IMG/VR virus record: IMGVR_UViG_3300028841_000107
DNA length: 64,000 nt
From: a virus
Reading direction: 5' to 3' (one strand)
Part shown: piece by piece, positions 33,847 to 41,060 of the stretch
How positions within the stretch are numbered: position 1 is the stretch's first letter
Layout of the letters: every line of letters starts with the position of its first letter
The notes under the pieces: model-generated
The model's input: the letters and a program-made list of their open reading frames with translations, nothing else
Database searches by the model: none
What the model was told of the DNA's origin: nothing
Translations under genes and position numbers: made by a program

Positions 33847-34083
33847 GTGAGTATGCTGGAACCCAACGAGAAGAGACCGATCGACATCGCGTGCCGGCCG
33901 CGTGCTGACGGGCTGCGGCCAGGCGAGAAGTTTCCCCGCGAGGTGCGGCGCCGGATGCGGGAAGCCGTGCTGGCGTGCCCGTACGAGCGCGCGGCGGAGA
34001 AGCGCCTCTACTTCGAGAACCTGGCCGAGCAGTTCGGGGCGACGGTCGCGTACGTGAAGGCACAAGGAAGGGAGCAGCGATGA
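33847..34083 (+). CDS. Small HTH-like protein, 76-78 aa (paralog of 31876..32091)
   Basis: GTG 33847 or ATG 33853. First gene after the divergent intergenic region. See the paralog note on 31876..32091. Confidence 0.5.
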   Translation: MSMLEPNEKRPIDIACRPRADGLRPGEKFPREVRRRMREAVLACPYERAAEKRLYFENLAEQFGATVAYVKAQGREQR

Positions 34084-34895
34084 GCGCGCCGTGCTCCGTC
34101 TGCCGCGGCACGGGCGCGGTGCGGGTGACGGGACTGACCGAGACGGGCTTCCGCGAGACCGTCACGGCGCCGTGCGCGGCGTGCCGGCCGATTACGGTCA
34201 GCATCAACCCGGACGCGGCAGCGCAGCAGCACCCCAAGGGCGCCCCTGAAGGGTGCGTCTGCCGGAGGTGTCGCCCCGACCTGAACATCGCTGCGCCCCC
34301 CGCCGAGCGCGGCGCCAAGCCGGCCGACAGCGGCTGCCCGTGGTGTCTCCTCGCCGCCGAGAAGCGGCGCGCGGACGAGGCGGAGCGGGCGTTGGGCGCG
34401 ATGGTATCCGAGCGGTTCCGGGACGACACGCTCCAGTCTGCGGCGGCTATCTCGTCTGACCTCCGCGCCCGCCTCGCGACCGCCGAGGCCGAGGTGGGAT
34501 CGCTGCGGACGGTGGCGCTTGCGAACCAAAATGCGGCGCTCGACCTGACCAAGAAGCTCGAAGTCGCCGAGGCCGAGGTGGCGCGGCTGCGGGCGGCATA
34601 CGACGATCCGCTCACGGACTCAACCGACTTCGCGCACCCGGCGTGGGTGCGTGGCTGCGACCGCGGCGTTCGCGGGGCCGCCGAGTCGATCGAGCGCGTG
34701 TTCGAGGAGCCGTTGCCGCTGGTCGGCAACGTGAGCGACGAGGTGCTCGAACGCGTCCGCCAGCGCGTCGCCGCGCTCCGCGACCAGGTCGCGCGGCTGG
34801 AGGGGGCGGGGGACGAGATGGACACGATGCTGCGCCTCGGCAACTGGGGCGAGAGGCAGCGTGCCGGGTGGCGCGCCGCCCGCGAGGTGAAGTGA
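34080..34895 (+). CDS. Zinc-finger plus coiled-coil protein, 271 aa
   Basis: ATGA overlap at 34080. Contains CSVCRGTG, CAAC, CVCRRC, CPWC, then long Ala/Glu/Arg heptad-like helices. Confidence 0.65.
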   Translation: MSAPCSVCRGTGAVRVTGLTETGFRETVTAPCAACRPITVSINPDAAAQQHPKGAPEGCVCRRCRPDLNIAAPPAERGAKPADSGCPWCLLAAEKRRADEAERALGAMVSERFRDDTLQSAAAISSDLRARLATAEAEVGSLRTVALANQNAALDLTKKLEVAEAEVARLRAAYDDPLTDSTDFAHPAWVRGCDRGVRGAAESIERVFEEPLPLVGNVSDEVLERVRQRVAALRDQVARLEGAGDEMDTMLRLGNWGERQRAGWRAAREVK

Positions 34896-35278
34896 TGGCG
34901 CGCTACACGGAGTCCAAACCATGCGCCGAACCCGGCTGTATGGCGCGCGGCTTCTTCGAGTACGCCACCCGTCGCGAGCAGGCCGAGGCGTCTCCGCGCC
35001 CCTACCGCTGCCTGAAGCACACGACGCCGGACGAGTGGATGACTCCGGAGAACGCCTCTCGCACGGTGACGCTGGTTGCGACGAGGCTTCCGTACGTAGA
35101 CTCGCGCACCGGCGAGAGCAGTTTTCTGCCCGGCCTGTTCTGGGTCGCCGAAGGGCGATGGAGCGGGTCCGGATTCACCTTCGGTCCTGGGTTCAAGGCA
35201 GACGCCAAGGAGTTCCCCGAGGGGACGCGGCTGATCGTCAGCGCGACGGTGGTCCTGCCCGAAGGCGGTGCCCGGTGA
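34895..35278 (+). CDS. Hypothetical protein, 127 aa
   Basis: ATG 34895 shares its A with the upstream TGA. Reads MARYTESKPCAEPGCMARGFFEYATRREQ... Confidence 0.6.
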   Translation: MARYTESKPCAEPGCMARGFFEYATRREQAEASPRPYRCLKHTTPDEWMTPENASRTVTLVATRLPYVDSRTGESSFLPGLFWVAEGRWSGSGFTFGPGFKADAKEFPEGTRLIVSATVVLPEGGAR

Positions 35279-35487
35279 CCGCCGCCGAGCGGCCCGAGCG
35301 ACGTGGTCCCGTCGTCATCGCGAGGAGCGATAAGGGCGGGTACTCGTACGTCGAGAGGAATGTCTGTCACGCCTACGAATGCCCCGCCTGGCGGATCGGG
35401 AAGAAGAGCGGGCCGTGCAATTGCGGGGCGGAGGAGCTGTTCCCTACGGTGGCCGAAGCCATCGCCGCCCTGGAGGCCGGCTCGTGA
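35275..35487 (+). CDS. Hypothetical protein, 70 aa
   Basis: GTGA overlap. Reads VTAAERPERRGPVVIARSDKGGYSYVERNVCHAYECPAW... Confidence 0.5.
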   Translation: MTAAERPERRGPVVIARSDKGGYSYVERNVCHAYECPAWRIGKKSGPCNCGAEELFPTVAEAIAALEAGS

Positions 35488-35756
35488 CCGCCGCCGAGCG
35501 CGTGCTGGCGGAGGTCGGCGAGAAAGCGTTCCGTGAACCGATCGACGAGTGGTCATGCGTCAACGAGATCGGTCTCCGGTACTCGCGGGTGCTGGTGTGG
35601 TCCGGCGGGATGGATGAGACTGCCCCCTCCGCCGGGCCGGCGATCACGGCGTCGAGGCGGGCGAACTTGCGTGCCTGCCTCGTCTCGCTCGCGGCCCTCT
35701 GCGTGGCCGCCGTCGCCGCGCTCGACGTCGAGCGGGAGCGCGGAGGCAAGCCGTGA
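35484..35756 (+). CDS. Hypothetical protein with C-terminal hydrophobic segment, 90 aa
   Basis: GTGA overlap. Reads VTAAERVLAEVGEKAFREPIDEW...CLVSLAALCVAAVAAL. Confidence 0.5.
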   Translation: MTAAERVLAEVGEKAFREPIDEWSCVNEIGLRYSRVLVWSGGMDETAPSAGPAITASRRANLRACLVSLAALCVAAVAALDVERERGGKP

Positions 35757-35953
35757 GCGACGTGACGCTCTGGTACGAGGTGTACGCGTGCGGCTGCACC
35801 TCCGAGGCGGTCCCGCGCAAGCGTCACTTGCCTGGCTACTGCCCGACGCACGGCGACGACCGCGAGTCGATCGGCACGACCGACGACCCGGAGATCGACG
35901 GACTGACTGTGGCCGTACTGACCCCGCGCCCCGGCGTGGAGGAGGGGAAGTAG
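35753..35953 (+). CDS. Small Cys-containing protein, 66 aa
   Basis: GTGA overlap. Contains YACGC...YCPTHG. Confidence 0.5.
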   Translation: MSDVTLWYEVYACGCTSEAVPRKRHLPGYCPTHGDDRESIGTTDDPEIDGLTVAVLTPRPGVEEGK

Positions 35954-36157
35954 GTGCGACATCACCAATGGGACAGCGTCGGTAGCAAGCAGCGCTGCGT
36001 CCGCTGTGGCGTTATGCGACAGAGGCGAGTCGTGGGGCCGAAGGGCGGGTGGAACTGGAAGTGGCTGTCGCCGCTTTCGAGACACGAAATCCATGAAGTG
36101 AAGTGCCAGGAGGTCCCGCGCGAGATCGAGCCGCCCGCCGGGCCGGAGGAGAAGTAG
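35954..36157 (+). CDS. Small Cys-containing protein, 67 aa
   Basis: GTG directly after the upstream TAG. Contains CVRCG. Confidence 0.45.
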   Translation: MRHHQWDSVGSKQRCVRCGVMRQRRVVGPKGGWNWKWLSPLSRHEIHEVKCQEVPREIEPPAGPEEK

Positions 36158-36352
36158 ATGAGCGTGACCGTCCCGGTCTTCGTCCTGCTTCTACTTCTGA
36201 TCATCTCGGCGACCGTTGTCCTGGCGATTCGCTTCGGGCGATCGCGGGGCGACTACGACATGACCTCGGGTCTCATCGGGTGCGGGGTGTGCCTGCTCGG
36301 CACGATCGCGGCGTTGGGCGTCCTGCTCGCCCACGCATTGGGATGGCTGTGA
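36158..36352 (+). CDS. Small two-span membrane protein, 64 aa
   Basis: ATG directly after the upstream TAG. Spans VPVFVLLLLLIISATVVLAI and LIGCGVCLLGTIAALGVLLAHAL. Confidence 0.55.
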   Translation: MSVTVPVFVLLLLLIISATVVLAIRFGRSRGDYDMTSGLIGCGVCLLGTIAALGVLLAHALGWL

Positions 36353-36389
36353 GTCCCGCCGCCGGGCCGGGCGGCAAGGAGGAGACGCC

Positions 36390-36572
36390 TTGAGAGCCTA
36401 TAGCAAGCTCACGCTCGCCGAGCTGAAGAGCCTCCGGGCGAAGATCGAGGATGACCCGGCGAGCCACAACAGCGTGGGCAAGTACCTGTTCAACTCGCGC
36501 GCGTCCGAGAGGCTCAGCCACATCAACGCCCTGATCTTGTACTGGCCGCGCCAGGGGAAGGGCAAGCCGTGA
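36390..36572 (+). CDS. Hypothetical protein, 60 aa
   Basis: TTG 36390 preceded by AAGGAGGAG. Stop in a GTGA overlap with the next gene. Confidence 0.45.
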   Translation: MRAYSKLTLAELKSLRAKIEDDPASHNSVGKYLFNSRASERLSHINALILYWPRQGKGKP

Positions 36573-36964
36573 GCGCCTCGTACTACACGTCCTACACGAC
36601 GAGCGTCGCGCTCCGCGAGGCCGGAGCGCCGCAGGGGCCGCAAAAGCCGAACGAACCGATCGTCTGCTCGTCACAACTGCGCATTTGCTGGAACAGGGAT
36701 GGCGAGGAAAAGCCGTGGCTCGGGGAGTGGATCGGCGATGACTTCAGCGTCCGCTCGTGGAGGCTCGACGAGATCCTGGAGGCGTTGGACGGGCACCTCT
36801 GGCAGATCGGGCAGGAGGACAACCACGACTACATCTGCGGCGCCGAGCTGCCCAACGGCGAGTGGTTCTGCGCGTCATCGCCTCCGACGCTGCCGTGGAG
36901 CCCCGTCGAGGCCGCGGCGCAGGTGTGGCTCGCGGTCCTGCGGGCCAAGGGCAAGGAGGAGTGA
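36569..36964 (+). CDS. Hypothetical protein, 131 aa
   Basis: GTGA overlap at the start; Trp-rich globular-looking sequence. Confidence 0.55.
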   Translation: MSASYYTSYTTSVALREAGAPQGPQKPNEPIVCSSQLRICWNRDGEEKPWLGEWIGDDFSVRSWRLDEILEALDGHLWQIGQEDNHDYICGAELPNGEWFCASSPPTLPWSPVEAAAQVWLAVLRAKGKEE

Positions 36965-37281
36965 TGGAGAACGTGATCGACCGCATCGACGCGCTCATCA
37001 AGACGCACGGGACCGATCTCCAGATCGTCGTACACCCCGACGACGTAGGGGAGCTTGGGAAGCGCTTCGGGCCGCACTACCGGCCCGCCACCGAGCACAT
37101 CATGGCTACCGTCATGGGCTTGCCGGTAGTCACCTCGGAGTGGATCGAGCGAGGAACTAGCACCATCATGCCGAGGACCGACATCTTCGGTAACGTCAGG
37201 AGCACGGGTCCGGTCTCCATCGAAAAGGCGCTGGCTGGGTTCGAGGCATACCTCAAGAATCACGAGGCCGCCCGTGGCTGA
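36964..37281 (+). CDS. Hypothetical protein, 105 aa
   Basis: ATG 36964 shares its A with the upstream TGA. Reads MENVIDRIDALIKTHGTDLQIVVHPDDVGELGKRF... Confidence 0.6.
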   Translation: MENVIDRIDALIKTHGTDLQIVVHPDDVGELGKRFGPHYRPATEHIMATVMGLPVVTSEWIERGTSTIMPRTDIFGNVRSTGPVSIEKALAGFEAYLKNHEAARG

Positions 37282-37519
37282 CCTCGCGGACCGCCTCCGC
37301 CGGCTGCACGAGTATTACGTATCGCGCCCTGGCGGAGATACGGCAATGCACGCCGCCGCTCGGCTACTCCCCGAGATCGCCGAGGCGGTGGCCGTCTTGG
37401 AGATTGCCGCGCACCAGCCGTGCGCCAAGGTAGCGGGCGCCGAGAAGCTCATCAACGGCTGCATCGGGTGCGCCTCGCGTCATGCGCTCATCGCGCTCCG
37501 CGCGAAGGTGGCGCCGTGA
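37274..37519 (+). CDS. Hypothetical protein, 81 aa
   Basis: GTG 37274 overlapping the upstream gene by 8 nt; helical-looking. Confidence 0.5.
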   Translation: MADLADRLRRLHEYYVSRPGGDTAMHAAARLLPEIAEAVAVLEIAAHQPCAKVAGAEKLINGCIGCASRHALIALRAKVAP

Positions 37520-37863
37520 GCGAGACGTGCAAGGAGACGGTCGGCGGTCCGTGGCGCTTCCGAGACTGCGGGAGACCGGCAAAGGGGCGCGGAGACGTGA
37601 TCGGCGGTAAGGATGTCCCGCTGTGTGGCATCCACTTGGCGGCGATTAAGAGGCGCGCGGACAACGACGCAAACCGGGCGCAGAGGTCGGCCGAGCGTGA
37701 GGCGTCCTCCGCCCGCCTCGCGCGCGTCGCCGCCGCCGAGCGGCGCGTGATCGGGTTGGCGGAAGGATGGGGCGGCGCGGTCGCGAGGGAAGAGCGCCGG
37801 ATCTACCTGATGGAGATGGAGACGGCCGTCGCGGATCTCCGCGCGGCGCGGGAGGCGAAGTGA
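37516..37863 (+). CDS. Hypothetical protein, 115 aa
   Basis: GTGA overlap. Reads VSETCKETVGGPWRFRDCGRPAKGRGD...CGIH, then an Arg/Ala/Glu helix. Confidence 0.55.
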   Translation: MSETCKETVGGPWRFRDCGRPAKGRGDVIGGKDVPLCGIHLAAIKRRADNDANRAQRSAEREASSARLARVAAAERRVIGLAEGWGGAVAREERRIYLMEMETAVADLRAAREAK

Positions 37864-38165
37864 CGATCGCTATCACTGCGCCACGCGTGGATGCTGCGGG
37901 CATCCCGTGGTGCGACGACTCATGCCCCCAGCACGACGGGAAGCGGTGCCGGCTCACCGGCTTCCGTCCGGGCTCGTTCTGCGAGCCGGCCGTAGCCGAG
38001 ATGGCGGAGCGCCTCGCCGCCCCCGACCCCCGCGACGCGCGCATCAGGGCGCTCGAGGCCGAGGTCGCCCGGCTGGAGGCGCTCATCGTGGCGCAGGGCG
38101 ACTCCGGCTTCGTCACCGACGAGATGTACGCCGAGGCCGACCGCATCCGCAGGAGCCGCGCGTGA
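37860..38165 (+). CDS. Hypothetical protein, 101 aa
   Basis: GTGA overlap. Cys cluster WCDDSCPQHDGKRC, then a coiled-coil-like RIRALEAEVARLEALI. Confidence 0.55.
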   Translation: MTIAITAPRVDAAGIPWCDDSCPQHDGKRCRLTGFRPGSFCEPAVAEMAERLAAPDPRDARIRALEAEVARLEALIVAQGDSGFVTDEMYAEADRIRRSRA

Positions 38166-38407
38166 GCCTCCACGAGTCCAACGCCACCGTCTACTGGCTC
38201 TCCTGCGACGTCCCTGGTTGCCGGGAGACCAGCGAGGTCACGCCGCACTCCCGAGGCCGCGCCCTGAACCTGGCCGGCGGAGACGGCGGCTGGCACCTCT
38301 TCGGGCCCGCCCACCACGTCTGCCCGGTCCGCGACCACCCCCACGAGGAGGCGGCCCGGAAGTGGGCGGTTGAAATCAAGGATCTTGAGGATTCGTGCCC
38401 GTTCTGA
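38162..38407 (+). CDS. Hypothetical protein, 81 aa
   Basis: GTGA overlap. Reads VSLHESNATVYWLSCDVPGCRETSEV... Confidence 0.5.
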   Translation: MSLHESNATVYWLSCDVPGCRETSEVTPHSRGRALNLAGGDGGWHLFGPAHHVCPVRDHPHEEAARKWAVEIKDLEDSCPF

Positions 38408-38447
38408 GCCATCGCGAAGGGAAACGAGAAGAAAGAGAAGGAAGCGA

Positions 38448-39473
38448 ATGAAGATCGACTCGACCGTCACCGCCAAGGTCACCATCATCACCCCCGCCAT
38501 GGCCGAAGAGTGGCTCAAGGGACGCGTCCACAACCGGCCGCTTCGGGAGAACGACTGCCTGATGTACGCCGAGCTCATCGAGCAGGGGAAGTTCTACCTG
38601 ACGCACCAGGGTATCGCGTTCGACGTGGACGGGCAGCTCATCGACGGGCAGCACCGGCTGCAGGGGATCGCCCTGGCCCGTATCCCGACGCCGATGATGG
38701 TCACGACCGGTCTCGAGCGCGAGGTCATGCGGTGCGTGGACACGGGGCGCTCAAGGAACATCCGGGACAACATCGCGATCGCCACCGGCCACACCCCCGA
38801 CGCCCATCGGGTCAAGGTGGCGACGGCCCTCCTGCGCTTCAGCACCAACCGGCGGAAGGGGAAGGCGACCGCGGACGAGGTCGAGGAGATCCTGAAGAAG
38901 CACGAGGCTGCCTTCGACTTCGTGACCTCGTTCATCAAGTCCGGGAAGCAGGGGATCGCCGTCGCCTGGGTCGGCGCGATCTTCCTGCGTACCTACTATG
39001 ACCCTCGCCGCGCCAGGGCTGCCGACCTGATGTCCTTCCTGGTGTCCGGCTACGTGGACGAGGGGGAGCCGTGCAGGGGCCTCGCCGTGCGCCTGCGGGA
39101 CTACCTAATCGGCGGCTCCGGGGTCGCCGAGGCGAAGTCGCAGTCCACGGCGGCCTACATGAGGGTCGAGCGGTCTGTCCGGGCTTTCGTGGACGCCGAG
39201 CCACTCTCGAAGCTGGTCCTGGCGACGGAGGAGCAGTTCCCGTTGCCCGGGGAGTCGGTCGTTTCCATCAAGCGTGGGACCGTCGGCGAGTTCGCCAAGG
39301 CGGCCACGAACCGCGGGAAGTCGTTTCAGTCCTCCATGACCGCCGAACAGAAGGCCGCGAACGCGAGAAAGGGTGGCCCGAAGACCCCCGAGGCGAAGGC
39401 GAAGATGGTCGCTACCAGGAAGGCGACGATGGCGGCCAGGCGGCCGACCGTCACGATGTCGGGGCGGCTGTAG
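38448..39473 (+). CDS. ParB/Srx-fold protein with DGQHR motif, 341 aa
   Basis: GAAGGAAG SD before ATG 38448. ITPAMAEEWL...NRPL...GIAFDVDGQLIDGQHRLQGI is the signature I recall for phage/plasmid ParB-like (DndB/DGQHR-type) proteins. Basic C-terminal tail. Confidence 0.65.
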   Translation: MKIDSTVTAKVTIITPAMAEEWLKGRVHNRPLRENDCLMYAELIEQGKFYLTHQGIAFDVDGQLIDGQHRLQGIALARIPTPMMVTTGLEREVMRCVDTGRSRNIRDNIAIATGHTPDAHRVKVATALLRFSTNRRKGKATADEVEEILKKHEAAFDFVTSFIKSGKQGIAVAWVGAIFLRTYYDPRRARAADLMSFLVSGYVDEGEPCRGLAVRLRDYLIGGSGVAEAKSQSTAAYMRVERSVRAFVDAEPLSKLVLATEEQFPLPGESVVSIKRGTVGEFAKAATNRGKSFQSSMTAEQKAANARKGGPKTPEAKAKMVATRKATMAARRPTVTMSGRL

Positions 39474-39484
39474 ACTCGATCGGT

Positions 39485-39560
39485 GCCCCCGTAGCTCAGA
39501 CGGCAGAGCCGCCGGCCCGTAACCGGATGGTCGCAGGTTCGACTCCTGTCGGGGGCCCCA
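39485..39560 (+). tRNA. tRNA-Thr (anticodon CGT) with encoded CCA
   Basis: Hand-folded cloverleaf. Acceptor GCCCCCG/CGGGGGC; D stem GCTC/GAGC; anticodon stem GCCGG/CCGGA (first pair G-A); loop CCCGTAA; variable TGGTC; T arm GCAGG-TTCGACT-CCTGT; discriminator C plus CCA. Position 33 reads C, not T. Confidence 0.8.
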
Positions 39561-39592
39561 AGCATCACGCTGCATGCAGAGGTAGAATCTCC

Positions 39593-39628
39593 GTCACGTA
39601 GTGTCACGGCGCGTCACGGCGCGTCACG
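39593..39628 (+). repeat. Four GTCACG direct repeats with exact 10-bp phasing upstream of the initiator-like gene
   Basis: GTCACG at 39593, 39603, 39613 and 39623, ending 11 nt before ATG 39639. Confidence 0.85.
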
Positions 39629-39638
39629 GAGGAAGCGG

Positions 39639-40658
39639 ATGTACTCCCCACTCTTCGCCGCGCTGTACCAGGGAAGCATGTCTGGGAAGTCGGACATGCT
39701 GCTCGTCTGGCCCTGCATCTTGGCCCACGCTGACCCTCGCGGAAACGTGGACCTACACCCTCGCGTGATCGCCGCACTCACCGGCCTGTCGCAGGACCGC
39801 GTGGACGCGGCCATCGCCGAGCTCGAGGCGGACGACCCGGAAAGTCGCACCATGGATCCTGTCTACGGCGGGAAGCGGATGGTCCGCCTTGACGAGACGC
39901 GTCGATGGGGATGGTTCGTCGTCAACCACCTGCTGTACAGGAAGATGGCGTCGCTCGGGGCCGTTCGGGCCCAGGCGGCAGAGCGGCAGGCGAGGAGGCG
40001 CGCCAGGGACAACGACGTCACGCCGGGTCACGGCATGTCACGCACCCGTCACGCACCCGTCACGGCTTTGTCACGCAAGGAAGAGGAGGAGGAAGAGGAG
40101 AAGGAATCTACCCCCCTACCCCCCTTGCAGGGGGGATTTGTTCTGGAGCCCGTGGATCCACCCGCGAAGAAGCCTAGGACGAAGAAGCCGAAAGCCGTCC
40201 CGCTTGTCCCTGCCCCCGGCTTCGAGGAGTTCTGGGCCGGGTTTCCTAGGAAGGAGGGGAAACAGCCGGCGATCGGGGTCTGGAACGAGATGAGCCCCGA
40301 GGATCGCAAGCTCGCTACAGCCGCTGCACCCCGATACGCTGCCCGCCGGGCCGGGCAAGACCCCACCGGGACCAAGATGCCGCAGGGATGGCTGAACGAG
40401 AGGCGCTTCGAGGACGAGGCTAACGGGCCAGTCCCTCTAACCGAGAAGCAGAAATCGCAGCAACCGACGGCCGCACAGGTCGCCGAGTGGGTCCGCATCG
40501 ACGCCATGAAGGCCCAGGAACGCGAGGAGACGCGAGCCGAGTACCGGGCAACGATTGACTCGCTGCCCCCGGAGAAACGCGAACGCCTGCTCAGGGTGAT
40601 CCTCCCGGTTACCGACCCTGAGTTCGCCGCAGAGCTTGCAGAGAAGGGATACCGATGA
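39639..40658 (+). CDS. Replication initiator/organiser-like protein, 339 aa
   Basis: GGAGGAAG SD. N-terminal wHTH-like region; C-terminal FEEFWAGFPRKEGKQPAIGVWNEM...GWLNERRFEDE motif I recall from phage replication-organiser accessory domains. The iteron array lies inside its linker-coding region, as in lambda O. Confidence 0.55.
   Translation: MYSPLFAALYQGSMSGKSDMLLVWPCILAHADPRGNVDLHPRVIAALTGLSQDRVDAAIAELEADDPESRTMDPVYGGKRMVRLDETRRWGWFVVNHLLYRKMASLGAVRAQAAERQARRRARDNDVTPGHGMSRTRHAPVTALSRKEEEEEEEKESTPLPPLQGGFVLEPVDPPAKKPRTKKPKAVPLVPAPGFEEFWAGFPRKEGKQPAIGVWNEMSPEDRKLATAAAPRYAARRAGQDPTGTKMPQGWLNERRFEDEANGPVPLTEKQKSQQPTAAQVAEWVRIDAMKAQEREETRAEYRATIDSLPPEKRERLLRVILPVTDPEFAAELAEKGYR
40018..40076 (+). 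repeat. Six GTCACG iterons inside the initiator gene (candidate ori core)
   Basis: GTCACG at 40018, 40028, 40038, 40049, 40060 and 40071 (spacing 10/10/11/11/11). Immediately followed by the purine tract AAGGAAGAGGAGGAGGAAGAGGAGAAGGAA (poly-Glu codons). Confidence 0.8.
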
Positions 40659-41059
40659 CGACGAACCCGTGGAAGACCCCGTTCGCCTGCGAGAAGTGCT
40701 CCGACCACCGAACCGTCATCAACAAGCTCCACAAGGCTGCGCCGTGCCCGGTCTGCGGCGGACGGAACGACGAGGTTTACGCGACCTTCCGGGCCGAGCG
40801 GTACAAGCCGCCGCAGCCAGAAGACATCGTCGCCGAGGTGGACCTGTCGGACGCCGAGTTCGTGGTCTACAACCAGATGAAGACGGAGCACCCGAACGCG
40901 CACAAGAGAACCCTCTTCGCGTGGATGGAGGCGCGGCGCTACGACCCGAGCAAGGACCCGGCGGTGCGGAGGCAGGTCGATCGCCTGCTCGCTGACTGGA
41001 AGACCCGGCAGGCCGCCTCCGCGGCCGAACGAGGGGAGAAGTGGGAGGCGGCCCCCTGA
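40655..41059 (+). CDS. Zinc-ribbon protein, 134 aa
   Basis: ATGA overlap at 40655. Contains CEKC...CPVCGG. The stop is 1 nt from the convergent terL stop. Confidence 0.6.
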   Translation: MTTNPWKTPFACEKCSDHRTVINKLHKAAPCPVCGGRNDEVYATFRAERYKPPQPEDIVAEVDLSDAEFVVYNQMKTEHPNAHKRTLFAWMEARRYDPSKDPAVRRQVDRLLADWKTRQAASAAERGEKWEAAP

Positions 41060-41060
41060 C

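Noticed and set aside
35275-35500. 17-nt identity GTGACCGCCGCCGAGCG at the starts of two adjacent genes (both begin VTAAER)
   Set aside because: The match is short, GC-rich, confined to the first six codons, and there is no further similarity between the proteins. It is probably chance or a small local duplication.
39485-39560. tRNA as a prophage attachment site, or the window as an integrated prophage
   Set aside because: No integrase, excisionase or repressor-like module was recognised. There is no flanking bacterial housekeeping gene. The tRNA is embedded among phage genes.
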